Shown here: positions 18,691 through 28,358 of the stretch, piece by piece
Position numbering within the stretch: position 1 is the first letter of the stretch
How the letters are laid out: each line of letters starts with the position of its first letter
Position numbers and translations under genes: made by a program
Notes under the pieces: generated by a model
Databases searched by the model: none
Told to the model about the DNA's origin: nothing
What the model saw: the letters and a program-made list of their open reading frames with translations, nothing else
NCBI GenBank assembly: GCA_963665295.1
Contig: OY762209.1
Coordinates: 1,248,001-1,312,000, forward strand
DNA length: 64,000 nucleotides
Reading direction: 5' to 3'
Source: Syntrophorhabdaceae bacterium
GTDB taxonomy: Bacteria; Desulfobacterota; Syntrophorhabdia; Syntrophorhabdales; Syntrophorhabdaceae

Positions 18691-20052
18691 ATGAAGAAGA
18701 TTTTCGGTCTGGTCGTTGCTTTCATATTTGTTGCCGCAGTTGCCGGGGCTACACTCCCCACGCGGGAGCGGTTCAATGTCAATCGTGCGGCCATGATGTC
18801 CGCCGCCGGATTATCCCTTTCCGCGGACGGCGTTCTGAGACTTCAGAATATCCTTGCGGGAAGAGTGGAGCAGGACCGGGTTGGTTTTGATTCCCCTTTC
18901 TTTCTCAAGCCCGCTTTAAGCCCTGATTTGCTGCGCAACGACGCAGGCCGGGTGAAAAAGTTTCTGGACATAGTCAACGACAGAAAACTAGTGGAAGGCT
19001 TTCTCACGGGAGGCGGCCGCTTTGTGAAGGGAAGCAGGTCATTCCGTGTCGTATACTCCCTCGAAGAGTCCGTCCCTGAAAGGACTGATGGAAAGACCGG
19101 TTTGATTCCGGACAGGAGATATTATCTCAAGGTCATGACAATAAGGTCCGGGGAATCATCGGGTTCCGTAAAAGGAACAAGTGAGTTCCGCTTCGATATC
19201 GAAGCCGCGCAGTCCGGGGACGCGGCGACAATATCAAACCTCCTGAAGAAGGGCCTCAACGTCAATGCAAAGGATGATCAGGATGGCAGGACGCTCCTGA
19301 TGCATGCAGCCTGGTTTGAACATATGGACGTTATGGGCATTCTCATCGACAAGGGCGCCGATGTGAACGCAAGAAGCAAGAACGGCGCGACGGCGCTCAT
19401 CCTCGCGGCCGATAAAGGCAATGCTGAAATCGTGAAGTTCCTCATCGATAGGGGGGCGGACATCAACGCAAAGGACGGCAATGGAACAGCGCTCATGTCG
19501 GCGGCCGATAAGGGTAATGCTGAATTTGTGCGCTTTCTCATGGAAAAAGGGGCGGATGTCAATGCAAGGACCGGCAAGGGCACGGCGCTCATCCTCGCGG
19601 CCGATAAAGGCAATACTGAAATCGTGAATTTTCTCCTCGACAGGGGCGCTGATGTCAACGGGAAGGACTCTCTCGGGTATACCGCATTGATGAAGGCGGC
19701 CGGCAGAGGCCACGCGAACATCACGCGCCTTTTGCTCGACAAAGGGGCGGATGTCAACACCGGCACGAATGACGGCTATGGGGCGTTAACCTATGCGGCC
19801 GGTTCCGGCCACACGGATATCGTAAGGGCTCTCATCGACAAAGGGGCGGATGTAAACGCGAAGAGTTCCATTGGTTATACCGCCCTGATGAGCGCCGCCA
19901 CTTCCGGCCGCGTGAATGTCGTAAAAGTCCTGATCGACAAAGGCGCTGATGTCAACGCGAAGAGTTCCAGCGGCGATACGGCGTTGATCAGGGCGTCCAG
20001 GTATGGTCATCCTGATGTCGCCGATATACTGAGAGGCGCGGGAGCCAGGTAG
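18691..20052 (+). CDS. Secreted ankyrin-repeat protein (about 9 repeats) with an unassigned N-terminal domain
   Basis: Signal peptide MKKIFGLVVAF; repeated TALxxAA..G..(E/D)IV..L.DKGADVNA. Confidence 0.9.
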   Translation: MKKIFGLVVAFIFVAAVAGATLPTRERFNVNRAAMMSAAGLSLSADGVLRLQNILAGRVEQDRVGFDSPFFLKPALSPDLLRNDAGRVKKFLDIVNDRKLVEGFLTGGGRFVKGSRSFRVVYSLEESVPERTDGKTGLIPDRRYYLKVMTIRSGESSGSVKGTSEFRFDIEAAQSGDAATISNLLKKGLNVNAKDDQDGRTLLMHAAWFEHMDVMGILIDKGADVNARSKNGATALILAADKGNAEIVKFLIDRGADINAKDGNGTALMSAADKGNAEFVRFLMEKGADVNARTGKGTALILAADKGNTEIVNFLLDRGADVNGKDSLGYTALMKAAGRGHANITRLLLDKGADVNTGTNDGYGALTYAAGSGHTDIVRALIDKGADVNAKSSIGYTALMSAATSGRVNVVKVLIDKGADVNAKSSSGDTALIRASRYGHPDVADILRGAGAR

Positions 20053-20094
20053 GCGGCATGCGGCGCTGCGACCGGCAGGCCATGACAGTACCTG

Positions 20095-22797
20095 CTACTT
20101 CTTCTGATTCACCGTGAACGTCTTCTTCACCGTCGGCTTCAGAGCGACAGCCACATTGATCTTGCCTGTTCTGTTCTTTCCCTCGGCGGGAGATACGGAA
20201 TATCCGACCTGACCGGTACCGGTCCCCGGCGTTCCCGACGTTATCGCGATCCATTGAGTGGAGGCCTGGTTCATCACCTCCGCGGTCCATCCGCAATCCG
20301 AAGGGGTTGCGGTAACGGTGAACGTGCCGGAACCTCCCGCGTTCTGGAAGGTTTTCGTGGAGGAGGGGCTTAAAGACCCGAGCTTGCACGTTGCTCCCTT
20401 CTCGGTGGCCCTGACGCTATCGCTGCTGCTTATGGACACCGTTGCCGACCTGTCGGCCGAAGAGCCTGAATTGGCGGTTGCCTTCAAGGTAACAGTCCCG
20501 CTATTTCTGCTGATCGTCGCTCTGGTGGACGTGAGCCACGTTTGACCTGACGCGGGCGTCACCGTAGGGACCGCACAGGACGGGGCACCCGAGGCAGTTA
20601 TCTTTACAGTCGCGCTCCCCCCGCTGCTGTTGAAGGTCAGGTTTCTTGACGAGGTGACCGCATAGGAGCAGGCGGCGAAGGTCGCAGTTACCGATTTGGC
20701 TCCGTCCATGGTCACTCTGCAGGTTTTTGTCCCGGTGCAGCCGGACCCGCTCCACCCCATGAAGCCGCTGTCCGGAGACGCGGTGGCCGTAAGGGTCACC
20801 CTGGCGCCCTGTACGAAATCGTGGGAGCAGGTGGCCCCGCAGTTGATGCCGGCAGGGGAACTCGTCACCGTGCCGGTCCCGTTGCCGTCCCGGGTGACGG
20901 AAAGGGTCGGGGACTGGGCGTCCGACTGGGTTATGACGAAGACCGTCTTCCCCACCCGGATCCGGGCGGTGCGCCGGCCGCTGCCGGTAAAGGGATCCAC
21001 CGCGTAGGTTACCGATCCGTTCCCTGTCGCGCTCCCGCCGGATGAAATCCTCGTCCACAGGTCATCCGTGGCCGCGGACCAGTTGCAGTCCGGCGACGAG
21101 GCAGTGACGCTGATTGTCCCCGACCCGCCTGACGGGCCGAATGTCCCTGCCGATGGAGACAGGGTATAGGAGCAAGGCGCGGACGCCGAATAGGCGCCCG
21201 GCGGTCCCGGCAGGGTCCTCGTGTGGCCGTCGCGATCGACAGGCACCGCGTTACTCAAGTTCCCCGCAGGCACCTCGGGCGATAGCGGCGCGTCGGCCCA
21301 GGTGAAGTCGGGAATCGAATAGGTGGGGCTCGTGAAGACGTTACTTCCCGCCGAGGGGTGGAAATCTCCATGGGCGGGGTCCACCAGTTGGGGCAATACC
21401 ATGTTGATCGCATTATCCGCCCGGAGTTGGGTCGCGTTGCAGGCCGGGTTCGCGGGCTGACAACCCTGATCGGGTTCTTCGATGCCGAGAGGAAGGTCCG
21501 CGGGACCGTTCCAGATCATGTTGCCCCTTATGGAAAGGTCGTCGTCCGCAAGGGACGGGTCCGGGATGTTCAGGAACCCTGAAGGGGCCGGGGTAATAGG
21601 CCCCCGGACGCTGAAGTGGCTGTACTCTGTTCGGGTGGCGGCCGGATTATAGAAAAGGTTGTTGAAAAAATAGACGTTCCTGTTCGGCAACGCGGTTACG
21701 GAGTCGGTCAGGATAACAGGTCCGAAACCGCCCGTCGCGGCGTAGGCCTCGCATTGCGGAACGGGGTCCGGCAGCTCATCCGTGGCGGTGCAGTTGCGGT
21801 CTCCCTGCCACGCGTTGATCAGGCTGTATCCGTTATCCGTGGAGATGCCGACCCGGTAGAGGGTATTATATGCGAAAAGCGTATTATATCCTCCCGCCGC
21901 CATCATGCCCACGCCGGGAATATCGTGGAGCACGTTGTTTACGAACTTGATATCGTACGTATCGTAATGGAGCCAGGGCGATGTCATCATGGCGAAATTT
22001 GCCGCTTCGCCCGCCTCGAAACCAAGGGCGCAGTCTCTTAACTCGTTGTCCTGAATGAGGAGATAGGATGTCCCGCCTTTTATATACATGCACCACTGTC
22101 CCGCGGTATGAAGACGGTTGCCCAGGAAGTGGCCGTATTGAACGACCATGTAGTCCACGCTGGTATGCCACGCCCCGCCGATGGTGCAGTCTTCCACGTA
22201 GAGATGCCGGGTCTGATTCACCTTGAGGACTTCCTGGAGGTTGTTGCACGAATCGTTGGGGCAATCCGGCCCTGCCACGGACAGCCTGCGCAGGAGCACG
22301 TGGTCGCCCGCCTCCAGGTGCAGGAGGTTGTTGCCCGGATAGTTTGTGGGCAACGACCCTCCGCCCACGAGGTTCAGGTCTATAAGGTAGAGATAATGAA
22401 CGTTCTTGAGATTGAAACCGCCCCGTATCGTTACCGTGTCCGGTCCTTCGGAGGCCCTCATGATGAGGGGAGATTCGCGGGTGCCGATCCTGTCCGAGAA
22501 ATAGTTGATGCAATTTTCGTTTTCAGGACCCGGCTCGCAGCGATAGGTGCCGGGCATCATATTGATCCTGTAACCGGTGGCGGAGAGTGTCCCGGGAACC
22601 TGATTCCATGCGGCGGTGATCGTCTTCAGGGCCTCGTCGGGCCGGGCACCCGAATTCCCATCGTTCCCGTTCACCGGATCGACGTAAATCTCGGTGACGG
22701 CGGGAGACCCTATGTCATAGGGCGTTGCGCCGAAGGGTGCGCCTGCGGGCAGGAACAGGGAAAGGAGAAGGACAAAAAAGACCCTATGGTTTTTCAT
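20095..22797 (-). CDS. Secreted right-handed beta-helix protein with InlB-B-type repeat and BACON-type domains
   Basis: Signal peptide from MKNHRVFF; 'IYVDPVNGNDGNSG' and Asn-ladder repeats; 'CNWSAATDDLWTRI' and 'CGWTAEV...WIAI'. Confidence 0.8.
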   Translation of the reverse strand: MKNHRVFFVLLLSLFLPAGAPFGATPYDIGSPAVTEIYVDPVNGNDGNSGARPDEALKTITAAWNQVPGTLSATGYRINMMPGTYRCEPGPENENCINYFSDRIGTRESPLIMRASEGPDTVTIRGGFNLKNVHYLYLIDLNLVGGGSLPTNYPGNNLLHLEAGDHVLLRRLSVAGPDCPNDSCNNLQEVLKVNQTRHLYVEDCTIGGAWHTSVDYMVVQYGHFLGNRLHTAGQWCMYIKGGTSYLLIQDNELRDCALGFEAGEAANFAMMTSPWLHYDTYDIKFVNNVLHDIPGVGMMAAGGYNTLFAYNTLYRVGISTDNGYSLINAWQGDRNCTATDELPDPVPQCEAYAATGGFGPVILTDSVTALPNRNVYFFNNLFYNPAATRTEYSHFSVRGPITPAPSGFLNIPDPSLADDDLSIRGNMIWNGPADLPLGIEEPDQGCQPANPACNATQLRADNAINMVLPQLVDPAHGDFHPSAGSNVFTSPTYSIPDFTWADAPLSPEVPAGNLSNAVPVDRDGHTRTLPGPPGAYSASAPCSYTLSPSAGTFGPSGGSGTISVTASSPDCNWSAATDDLWTRISSGGSATGNGSVTYAVDPFTGSGRRTARIRVGKTVFVITQSDAQSPTLSVTRDGNGTGTVTSSPAGINCGATCSHDFVQGARVTLTATASPDSGFMGWSGSGCTGTKTCRVTMDGAKSVTATFAACSYAVTSSRNLTFNSSGGSATVKITASGAPSCAVPTVTPASGQTWLTSTRATISRNSGTVTLKATANSGSSADRSATVSISSSDSVRATEKGATCKLGSLSPSSTKTFQNAGGSGTFTVTATPSDCGWTAEVMNQASTQWIAITSGTPGTGTGQVGYSVSPAEGKNRTGKINVAVALKPTVKKTFTVNQKK

Positions 22798-23014
22798 GGT
22801 ATCCCCCCAAAGGATGTGTGTTCGCATCCGGACAGGAACGGCCTGCCCCAAGGATCATATTCTACCGCCCGGCGCCCGGCGCGTCAAGTTGAGATGCGTG
22901 CGAACTCACCCTCGAATTTGACAAGATATGCACCAAAGAGTTAGAAAAGGAGGGCAGGCGGCGATATATTCCAGGGCCGGTGCGGACGAAAAATTTGACA
23001 TCCGGGGCGGGGAG

Positions 23015-24166
23015 ATGAAATACGATTTCGACGAGGTTATCGAGCGACGGGGCACGGGCAGCATCAAATGGGAAAGGTATGGCGACGATGTTATTCCCCT
23101 GTGGGTGGCGGATATGGATTTTGTTTCTCCCGAACCCATCGTGAAAGCCCTCCATGAACGGGCGGACCATCGTATCTTCGGGTATACCATGGCGGGAAAG
23201 GAACTCATAGGGGTTATCCGGGAACGGCTCGAAAGGCTTTATGGGTGGAACGTCCTTGAAGATGAGATCCTTTTCGTGCCCGGCGTGGTAACGGCCCTTA
23301 ACCTCGCCTTTCAACTTTTTGCGGGTCCCGGGGACGGCGTGCTGGTTCAGCCGCCCGTCTATTCGCATTTCATTACCGACCCCGTAGCCCGCGGCCGCAC
23401 CCTGGTTGACCCTCCGTTGGTGAAAAAGGGGGACACCTACGAAATCGACTTCGACGCCTTTGAGAAGGCGATCACGGACCGGACAAGGCTCTTCGTGCTC
23501 TGCAATCCCCACAACCCCGTGGGCCGCGTGTTCCGGAAGGACGAACTGGAGCGGCTTGCCCGTATCTGCCTGAGCCGCAATGTGCTCATCTGCGCCGACG
23601 AGATTCATTGCGACCTTGTCTACCCCGGTCACCGGCATATACCCATGGCGAGCCTCGGCGGCGAGGCGGCGGACCGGACCATTACCCTCATGTCGCCGAG
23701 CAAGACCTTCAACCTCGCGGGCCTTGGATGTTCCTTCGCAATCATCAAAAACCCTCTCCTCAGGGAAACCTGGATAAGGGGCGGCGCGGGGCTCATCCCC
23801 TTCGTAAACGTCATGGGCCTGACCGCGGCCCTGGCGGGTCTCAGGGACGGACAGGACTGGCTCGACCAGTGCCTCCGCTACCTGAAGGGCAACAGGGACT
23901 TTCTCGCGGAATATGTGCGTGACAGGCTTCCTTCCCTCACCATGACCCGCGTCGAGGGGACGTACCTCGCTTGGCTTGACTGCAGACAATCGGGGATCAA
24001 AGGGAACCCTTTCCATTTCTTTCTTAAGGAGAGCAAGGTGGCCCTCAACAACGGGGCCGAGTGCGGAAAGGGCGGAGAAGGGTTCGTGCGGCTCAACTTC
24101 GCATGCCCGAGAAAGACGCTGGCCGACGGCCTCGAGCGAATGACAGGCGCTTTAAGAAAGTTATAG
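23015..24166 (+). CDS. PatB/MalY family PLP-dependent C-S lyase
   Basis: IPLWVADMDF, LCNPHNPVG, DEIHCD, SPSKTFNLAG and FVRLNFACP motifs. Confidence 0.93.
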   Translation: MKYDFDEVIERRGTGSIKWERYGDDVIPLWVADMDFVSPEPIVKALHERADHRIFGYTMAGKELIGVIRERLERLYGWNVLEDEILFVPGVVTALNLAFQLFAGPGDGVLVQPPVYSHFITDPVARGRTLVDPPLVKKGDTYEIDFDAFEKAITDRTRLFVLCNPHNPVGRVFRKDELERLARICLSRNVLICADEIHCDLVYPGHRHIPMASLGGEAADRTITLMSPSKTFNLAGLGCSFAIIKNPLLRETWIRGGAGLIPFVNVMGLTAALAGLRDGQDWLDQCLRYLKGNRDFLAEYVRDRLPSLTMTRVEGTYLAWLDCRQSGIKGNPFHFFLKESKVALNNGAECGKGGEGFVRLNFACPRKTLADGLERMTGALRKL

Positions 24167-24281
24167 ACGTTGAACGGCACGATCCACTGCCCCGGCAAAA
24201 CCTGTTGACACGAATCCTGCGTACCATATAAAACGTGATTCCATTACTCCCCGGTGGGCTGTTTCTTTCTATCGGACCCCA

Positions 24282-24308
24282 TAAAGTATTTTTTTTCGAT
24301 GCCGATAA
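24282..24308 (+). promoter_or_regulatory. Sigma-28 (FliA)-type promoter of motAB
   Basis: TAAA (24282-24285) - N15 - GCCGATAA (24301-24308), an exact consensus match. Confidence 0.8.
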
Positions 24309-24470
24309 CTGTGTATCGGTCTTCCTCCCCGGACGAGGGAATAACCGCGGGAATCGCGCGAAAGACCCGGACTGCAAAAGGCCGGAACATGGAGGACTGA
24401 ATATACATGAGGTGACGTGGATGAGTATTGCAGGGGGATTGTCTTTGTTGAGACATGAAGGGGAAATGAC

Positions 24471-25325
24471 ATGTTCGTAATCATCGGTTCCGTAGTGGTC
24501 GTTGTGGCGGTCCTTGGCGGGTTTGCCCTGGAAGGAGGGCCTTTTCTCGTACTTATGCAATTCGCCGAATTTTTGATCATAGGAGGCTCCGCCCTGGGGG
24601 CGCTCCTGATCTCGGCGCCCACAAACGTATTGATGAAGATTGTCGCGAGGATCATGGCGGCCCTCAAGGGCTCCACGGTGAGCAAGCAGACGTACCTCGA
24701 CATCCTGAAGCTCATGTTCGAGGTCTTCCAGGTGAGCCGAAAAGACGGCCTCATTGCCCTGGAGTCGCACATCGAGAACCCGGAGCAGAGCGCGATCTTC
24801 AGCCAGTACCCGAAGTTCCTGGCCCAGCATCACCTCCTTTATTTTATGTGCGACACCTTCCGTCTCGTGGTCCTGGGCGGAGTGCCGGCTCATGATATGG
24901 AGGCCCTCATGGACGGCGATATTGAGACGCACCACCAGGAAGGCACGAAGCCGGGCATGATCCTTCAGAAGATAGGAGATTCCATGCCGGGCCTCGGTAT
25001 CGTGGCCGCCGTCCTCGGTATCGTGATCACCATGCAGGCGATCAACGGGCCGCCGGAGGAAATAGGCCACAAGGTGGCGGCGGCGCTTGTAGGTACCTTC
25101 CTCGGCATCTTCATTTCCTACGGGTTCCTTCAGCCCCTTGCCACCAACATCGACCTTGCGAACGACGAGGAGTCGAAGGTCTTCGAAGCGGTGAAGGCGG
25201 GCATGATCGCCTTTGCGAAGGGTTTCAACCCCATCGTGTCGGTGGAGTTCGCGAGGCGGGCGATTCCCGGTGAGTACAGACCCTTGTTTCAGGACATGGA
25301 AGATTATGTAAAGGGCAAAAAGTAA
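24471..25325 (+). CDS. motA: Flagellar motor stator protein MotA
   Basis: RKDGLIALE, PGLGIVAAVLG, ALVGTFLGI and VEFARRAIP motifs. Confidence 0.95.
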   Translation: MFVIIGSVVVVVAVLGGFALEGGPFLVLMQFAEFLIIGGSALGALLISAPTNVLMKIVARIMAALKGSTVSKQTYLDILKLMFEVFQVSRKDGLIALESHIENPEQSAIFSQYPKFLAQHHLLYFMCDTFRLVVLGGVPAHDMEALMDGDIETHHQEGTKPGMILQKIGDSMPGLGIVAAVLGIVITMQAINGPPEEIGHKVAAALVGTFLGIFISYGFLQPLATNIDLANDEESKVFEAVKAGMIAFAKGFNPIVSVEFARRAIPGEYRPLFQDMEDYVKGKK

Positions 25326-26173
25326 TGGACGAAGAGCACAACACCCCTGTCAGGATTATAATAAAGAAGAAGAAGGGGCACGGAGGCGGACACCATGGAG
25401 GCGCGTGGAAGGTCGCCTACGCCGATTTCGTCACCGCCATGATGGCCCTCTTTATCGTGCTCTGGATCGTAGGTCAGAGCACTGCGGTGAAGAACGCGAT
25501 TGCCGCCTATTTCAAGGACCCCGGCGTGTTCACGAGCGGCCGCACGGGAGGCGTCCTTCCCGATGCGCAGAAAACCACACCCATGCCTCCGCCCCCCGCG
25601 CCTTTTGACGGCCCTGCGGCGGAGATGGAGAAACTGAAGGCGGAAGCGGCACAGATAGAGAAGGCGATCTCCGGCCAGACGGAGTTCAAGAAGTTCATCG
25701 ACAAGATCCACCTTACCGTTACGGACGAGGGCTTGAGGATCGATCTGGTGGAGGCGTCGGAGGGCCTTTTCTTTGACATAGGCAAGGCGCACATCAAGCC
25801 GGAGACGGTGAAGCTCCTCAAGATCATCGCCGCCCATGTCGGGAAGCTTCCCAACGACGTGATCGTGGAGGGGTATACCGATGCGAGGCCTTACGTCTCC
25901 ACGGGATACTCGAACTGGGATTTGAGTACGGACCGGGCGAACAGCGCGAGAAAGGTATTGGACGAAGGGGGACTTCGGAAGAACCAGGTAATCCAGGTAA
26001 GGGGTTTTGCGGACAGAAAACTGAGGATGCCCGACAAACCCATGGATTTTACGAACAGACGGGTAAGCATTCTTGTAGCCGCGAAACAGGCTGCCGAACC
26101 CCGACAGGGAACAGGGCAGGGGTCCTCAGGGACAAAGGCGTCCCCCCAGCCCGCAGGTGAGGTCAAGAAATGA
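25325..26173 (+). CDS. motB: Flagellar motor stator protein MotB
   Basis: WKVAYADFVTAMMA; OmpA-like domain with EGYTD, NWDLSTDRA and NRRVSI. Confidence 0.95.
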   Translation: MDEEHNTPVRIIIKKKKGHGGGHHGGAWKVAYADFVTAMMALFIVLWIVGQSTAVKNAIAAYFKDPGVFTSGRTGGVLPDAQKTTPMPPPPAPFDGPAAEMEKLKAEAAQIEKAISGQTEFKKFIDKIHLTVTDEGLRIDLVEASEGLFFDIGKAHIKPETVKLLKIIAAHVGKLPNDVIVEGYTDARPYVSTGYSNWDLSTDRANSARKVLDEGGLRKNQVIQVRGFADRKLRMPDKPMDFTNRRVSILVAAKQAAEPRQGTGQGSSGTKASPQPAGEVKK

Positions 26174-27366
26174 ACGATCAGGACAGGCAGTACAGCATAC
26201 TCGCGGTCGATGACGACCCCGACGCCCTGAGGACTATCGTCGCCATCCTGAAAATGGACGCGACCTATGACGTCCATCAGGCCGGTAGTGCGATGGAAGC
26301 GGTCCGTGTTTTCCGCGAGGGCAGCCCGGACCTTGTGGTCTGCGGTTTTCGCGGCCTTCCGGACTGCATAGGGTTGATGCAGCGTATCAAGGAGACGCCG
26401 GGGCCCGTGCTCCCCGCCTTTCTCATCATCTACGAAAGGACTCAGTTTCCCGACTTCGCCAAGGGCCACGAGAACGGAGCGGACGATTACATAGAGAGGC
26501 TTCTCCTCAAGAAGGTCCTCCTTCTCAAGATCCGGAACCTCCTCCGGACGAGGGCCCTCAAGGAAGAGTTGAAAGAGGAAAAAAAGAGGCTCGAAATCGC
26601 GAACGAGCAACTCGAAAGAAACTTCAAGGAACTGACCGCCATTCTTCTCAATATACTCGAAGTGCGCATGCCCGGTGCGAGCGACAGGGCGGAGACCGCG
26701 AAGAACGCCGCGGAATTCGTGGTCCACAAGCTCGGACTGGAAAAGGAAGAACGGAAGAATATCATCTTTGCCGCCCTCCTCCATGAGATGGGCAAGGTGG
26801 GGCTTCCCGACGAGGTGGCCGCCAAGCGGTACAATACGGTCCCGCCGGCATTGCTTCCCCTCTTTCAGCAATATGCCACGGTGGGATCCATGATCATATC
26901 GACGGTAACGGGGTTCAAGGAGTCTGCCGAAGCAGTGTACCACCAACTCGAGAATTACGACGGCACCGGCTTCCCCGATGGACTCATCGGGGACCAGATA
27001 CCTTTGGCAGCGAGGGTCTTGAGGGCCATTCTCTTTGCCGAGGACCTCCTTGGCCAGGGCCGTTCCTACGAGGACGCCATCGACGGGGTGAGATACGCCA
27101 TGCACACCGCCCTTGATCCCAGGGTTGCAAATCCGCTCATAGAGTTCCTCTACGAGCATGCCAAATCAGGGGACAACAGGAGACTGAAGCTCTCCGTGGA
27201 AGCCCTTGAACCGGGCATGGTGGTCGCGGAGGACGTCTACGCGTCGAGCGGGATAAAGCTGATCCCCAAGGGCGTGAAGCTTCAGGAGAGGATGCTCTCC
27301 CTTCTCATCGAGCGGAACAAGACGGACCCCATAGTAGGAGGCGTCTACATCGCCGTGGCAAAGTGA
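26170..27366 (+). CDS. Pseudo-receiver plus degenerate HD-GYP domain protein
   Basis: Receiver fold with PDLVVCG (no phospho-Asp); LLHEMGK and HQLENYDGTGFP; C-terminal LEPGMVVAEDV motif. Confidence 0.8.
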   Translation: MNDQDRQYSILAVDDDPDALRTIVAILKMDATYDVHQAGSAMEAVRVFREGSPDLVVCGFRGLPDCIGLMQRIKETPGPVLPAFLIIYERTQFPDFAKGHENGADDYIERLLLKKVLLLKIRNLLRTRALKEELKEEKKRLEIANEQLERNFKELTAILLNILEVRMPGASDRAETAKNAAEFVVHKLGLEKEERKNIIFAALLHEMGKVGLPDEVAAKRYNTVPPALLPLFQQYATVGSMIISTVTGFKESAEAVYHQLENYDGTGFPDGLIGDQIPLAARVLRAILFAEDLLGQGRSYEDAIDGVRYAMHTALDPRVANPLIEFLYEHAKSGDNRRLKLSVEALEPGMVVAEDVYASSGIKLIPKGVKLQERMLSLLIERNKTDPIVGGVYIAVAK

Positions 27367-27408
27367 CCGCCCCCGGACGCGCCTTACGCGACTCTCTTCC
27401 GTGAGGGT

Positions 27409-28191
27409 CTACAGGTAAAATTCGGGTTCTTTCCGTTGACGGCACATGACGCCGAGTCTTTGAGCGAGTTCAATAAGGCGGGGGTCATTGAGGGCCCTTG
27501 CCCCGTAAGGACAATGCTTCACGCAGGCGCAGCAGAGGACGCATTTGTCCCTGTCGGTTACCCAGGTTTTGCCGTCGAGCCGGATCGCGGTGACGGGGCA
27601 GACCTCCACGCAGGCCCCGCAATTCAGGCAGTCCGATTCACCCGTTTCCGGAGAGGTTCTGAAGGAGGGACCCCTGTCCCGGTAGGGGAAGTTTCCCGGC
27701 ACCTCAAGGAGGGCAGGGGCCATGAATGGTCCGGCCTCGTCCATCTTCTTCTTTACCATTGTCCCGAAGGCCCAGGCCTGGTCGAGGTCCCCTATGTCCG
27801 GTCTGCCTTCGGCTATGGGGTTGTCCTTTGTGGAGAAGGAATGCTCGCCTATGAAGGCAGCCCCGGCAATGGGCGTGAACCCGGCTTCTTGAGCGATGTT
27901 CCTCAGTTCGAGGAGGGCGTCCTCGTACTCCCTGTTTCCGTACACCACGACAATGACCGCGGGAGTACCCTTCGCCCTGATCCGTTGCAGCTTAAGGACT
28001 GCAGGCAAGGCCACTCGTCCCGTGTACACAGGGACTCCAATGACTGTCAGGTCGCCGGGGTTCTCCGTTCCGGTTCCCGGAGCGGCCAGATCGATCCCGG
28101 TGACGGGCCCAAGATCAAGCCCTTCCGCGATTGCCTCAAGGACCTTCCTCGTTGTTCCGGTCGGTGAGAAATAGAGTAGTGTCACTGCCAT
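27409..28191 (-). CDS. EFR1-type flavodoxin-ferredoxin fusion
   Basis: YFSPTGTT, VYGNREYEDAL and two CxxCxxCxxxCP motifs. Confidence 0.88.
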   Translation of the reverse strand: MAVTLLYFSPTGTTRKVLEAIAEGLDLGPVTGIDLAAPGTGTENPGDLTVIGVPVYTGRVALPAVLKLQRIRAKGTPAVIVVVYGNREYEDALLELRNIAQEAGFTPIAGAAFIGEHSFSTKDNPIAEGRPDIGDLDQAWAFGTMVKKKMDEAGPFMAPALLEVPGNFPYRDRGPSFRTSPETGESDCLNCGACVEVCPVTAIRLDGKTWVTDRDKCVLCCACVKHCPYGARALNDPRLIELAQRLGVMCRQRKEPEFYL

Positions 28192-28358
28192 AGATAGGTA
28201 TCTTCCTGTCGCGTCTTTCATTATATACCGTTTTTCCGCGGCATTCCACCCTATATCCAGGCCCTGTCCGTGTTTCGAGGGGAGACGTGGAGAGAGGAGG
28301 ATCATCAATGCTTGCGGTCCCCGTCCCTGATACCCTATAATGGAGGGGGTATGGAGAG

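Noticed and set aside
19250..20040. Periodic DNA repeats as a CRISPR-like array
   Set aside because: They are in-frame ankyrin coding repeats with no unique spacers and no cas genes.
24330..24400. Possible c-di-GMP riboswitch in the motA leader
   Set aside because: GAAA and GCAAA words are present but I could not build the paired stems; a covariance-model search would be needed.
24471..26173. motAB as a Zorya (ZorAB) anti-phage system
   Set aside because: MotA is normal length with no long ZorA tail, keeps the flagellar torque residues, has a sigma-28-type promoter, and no zorC/D/E genes are present.
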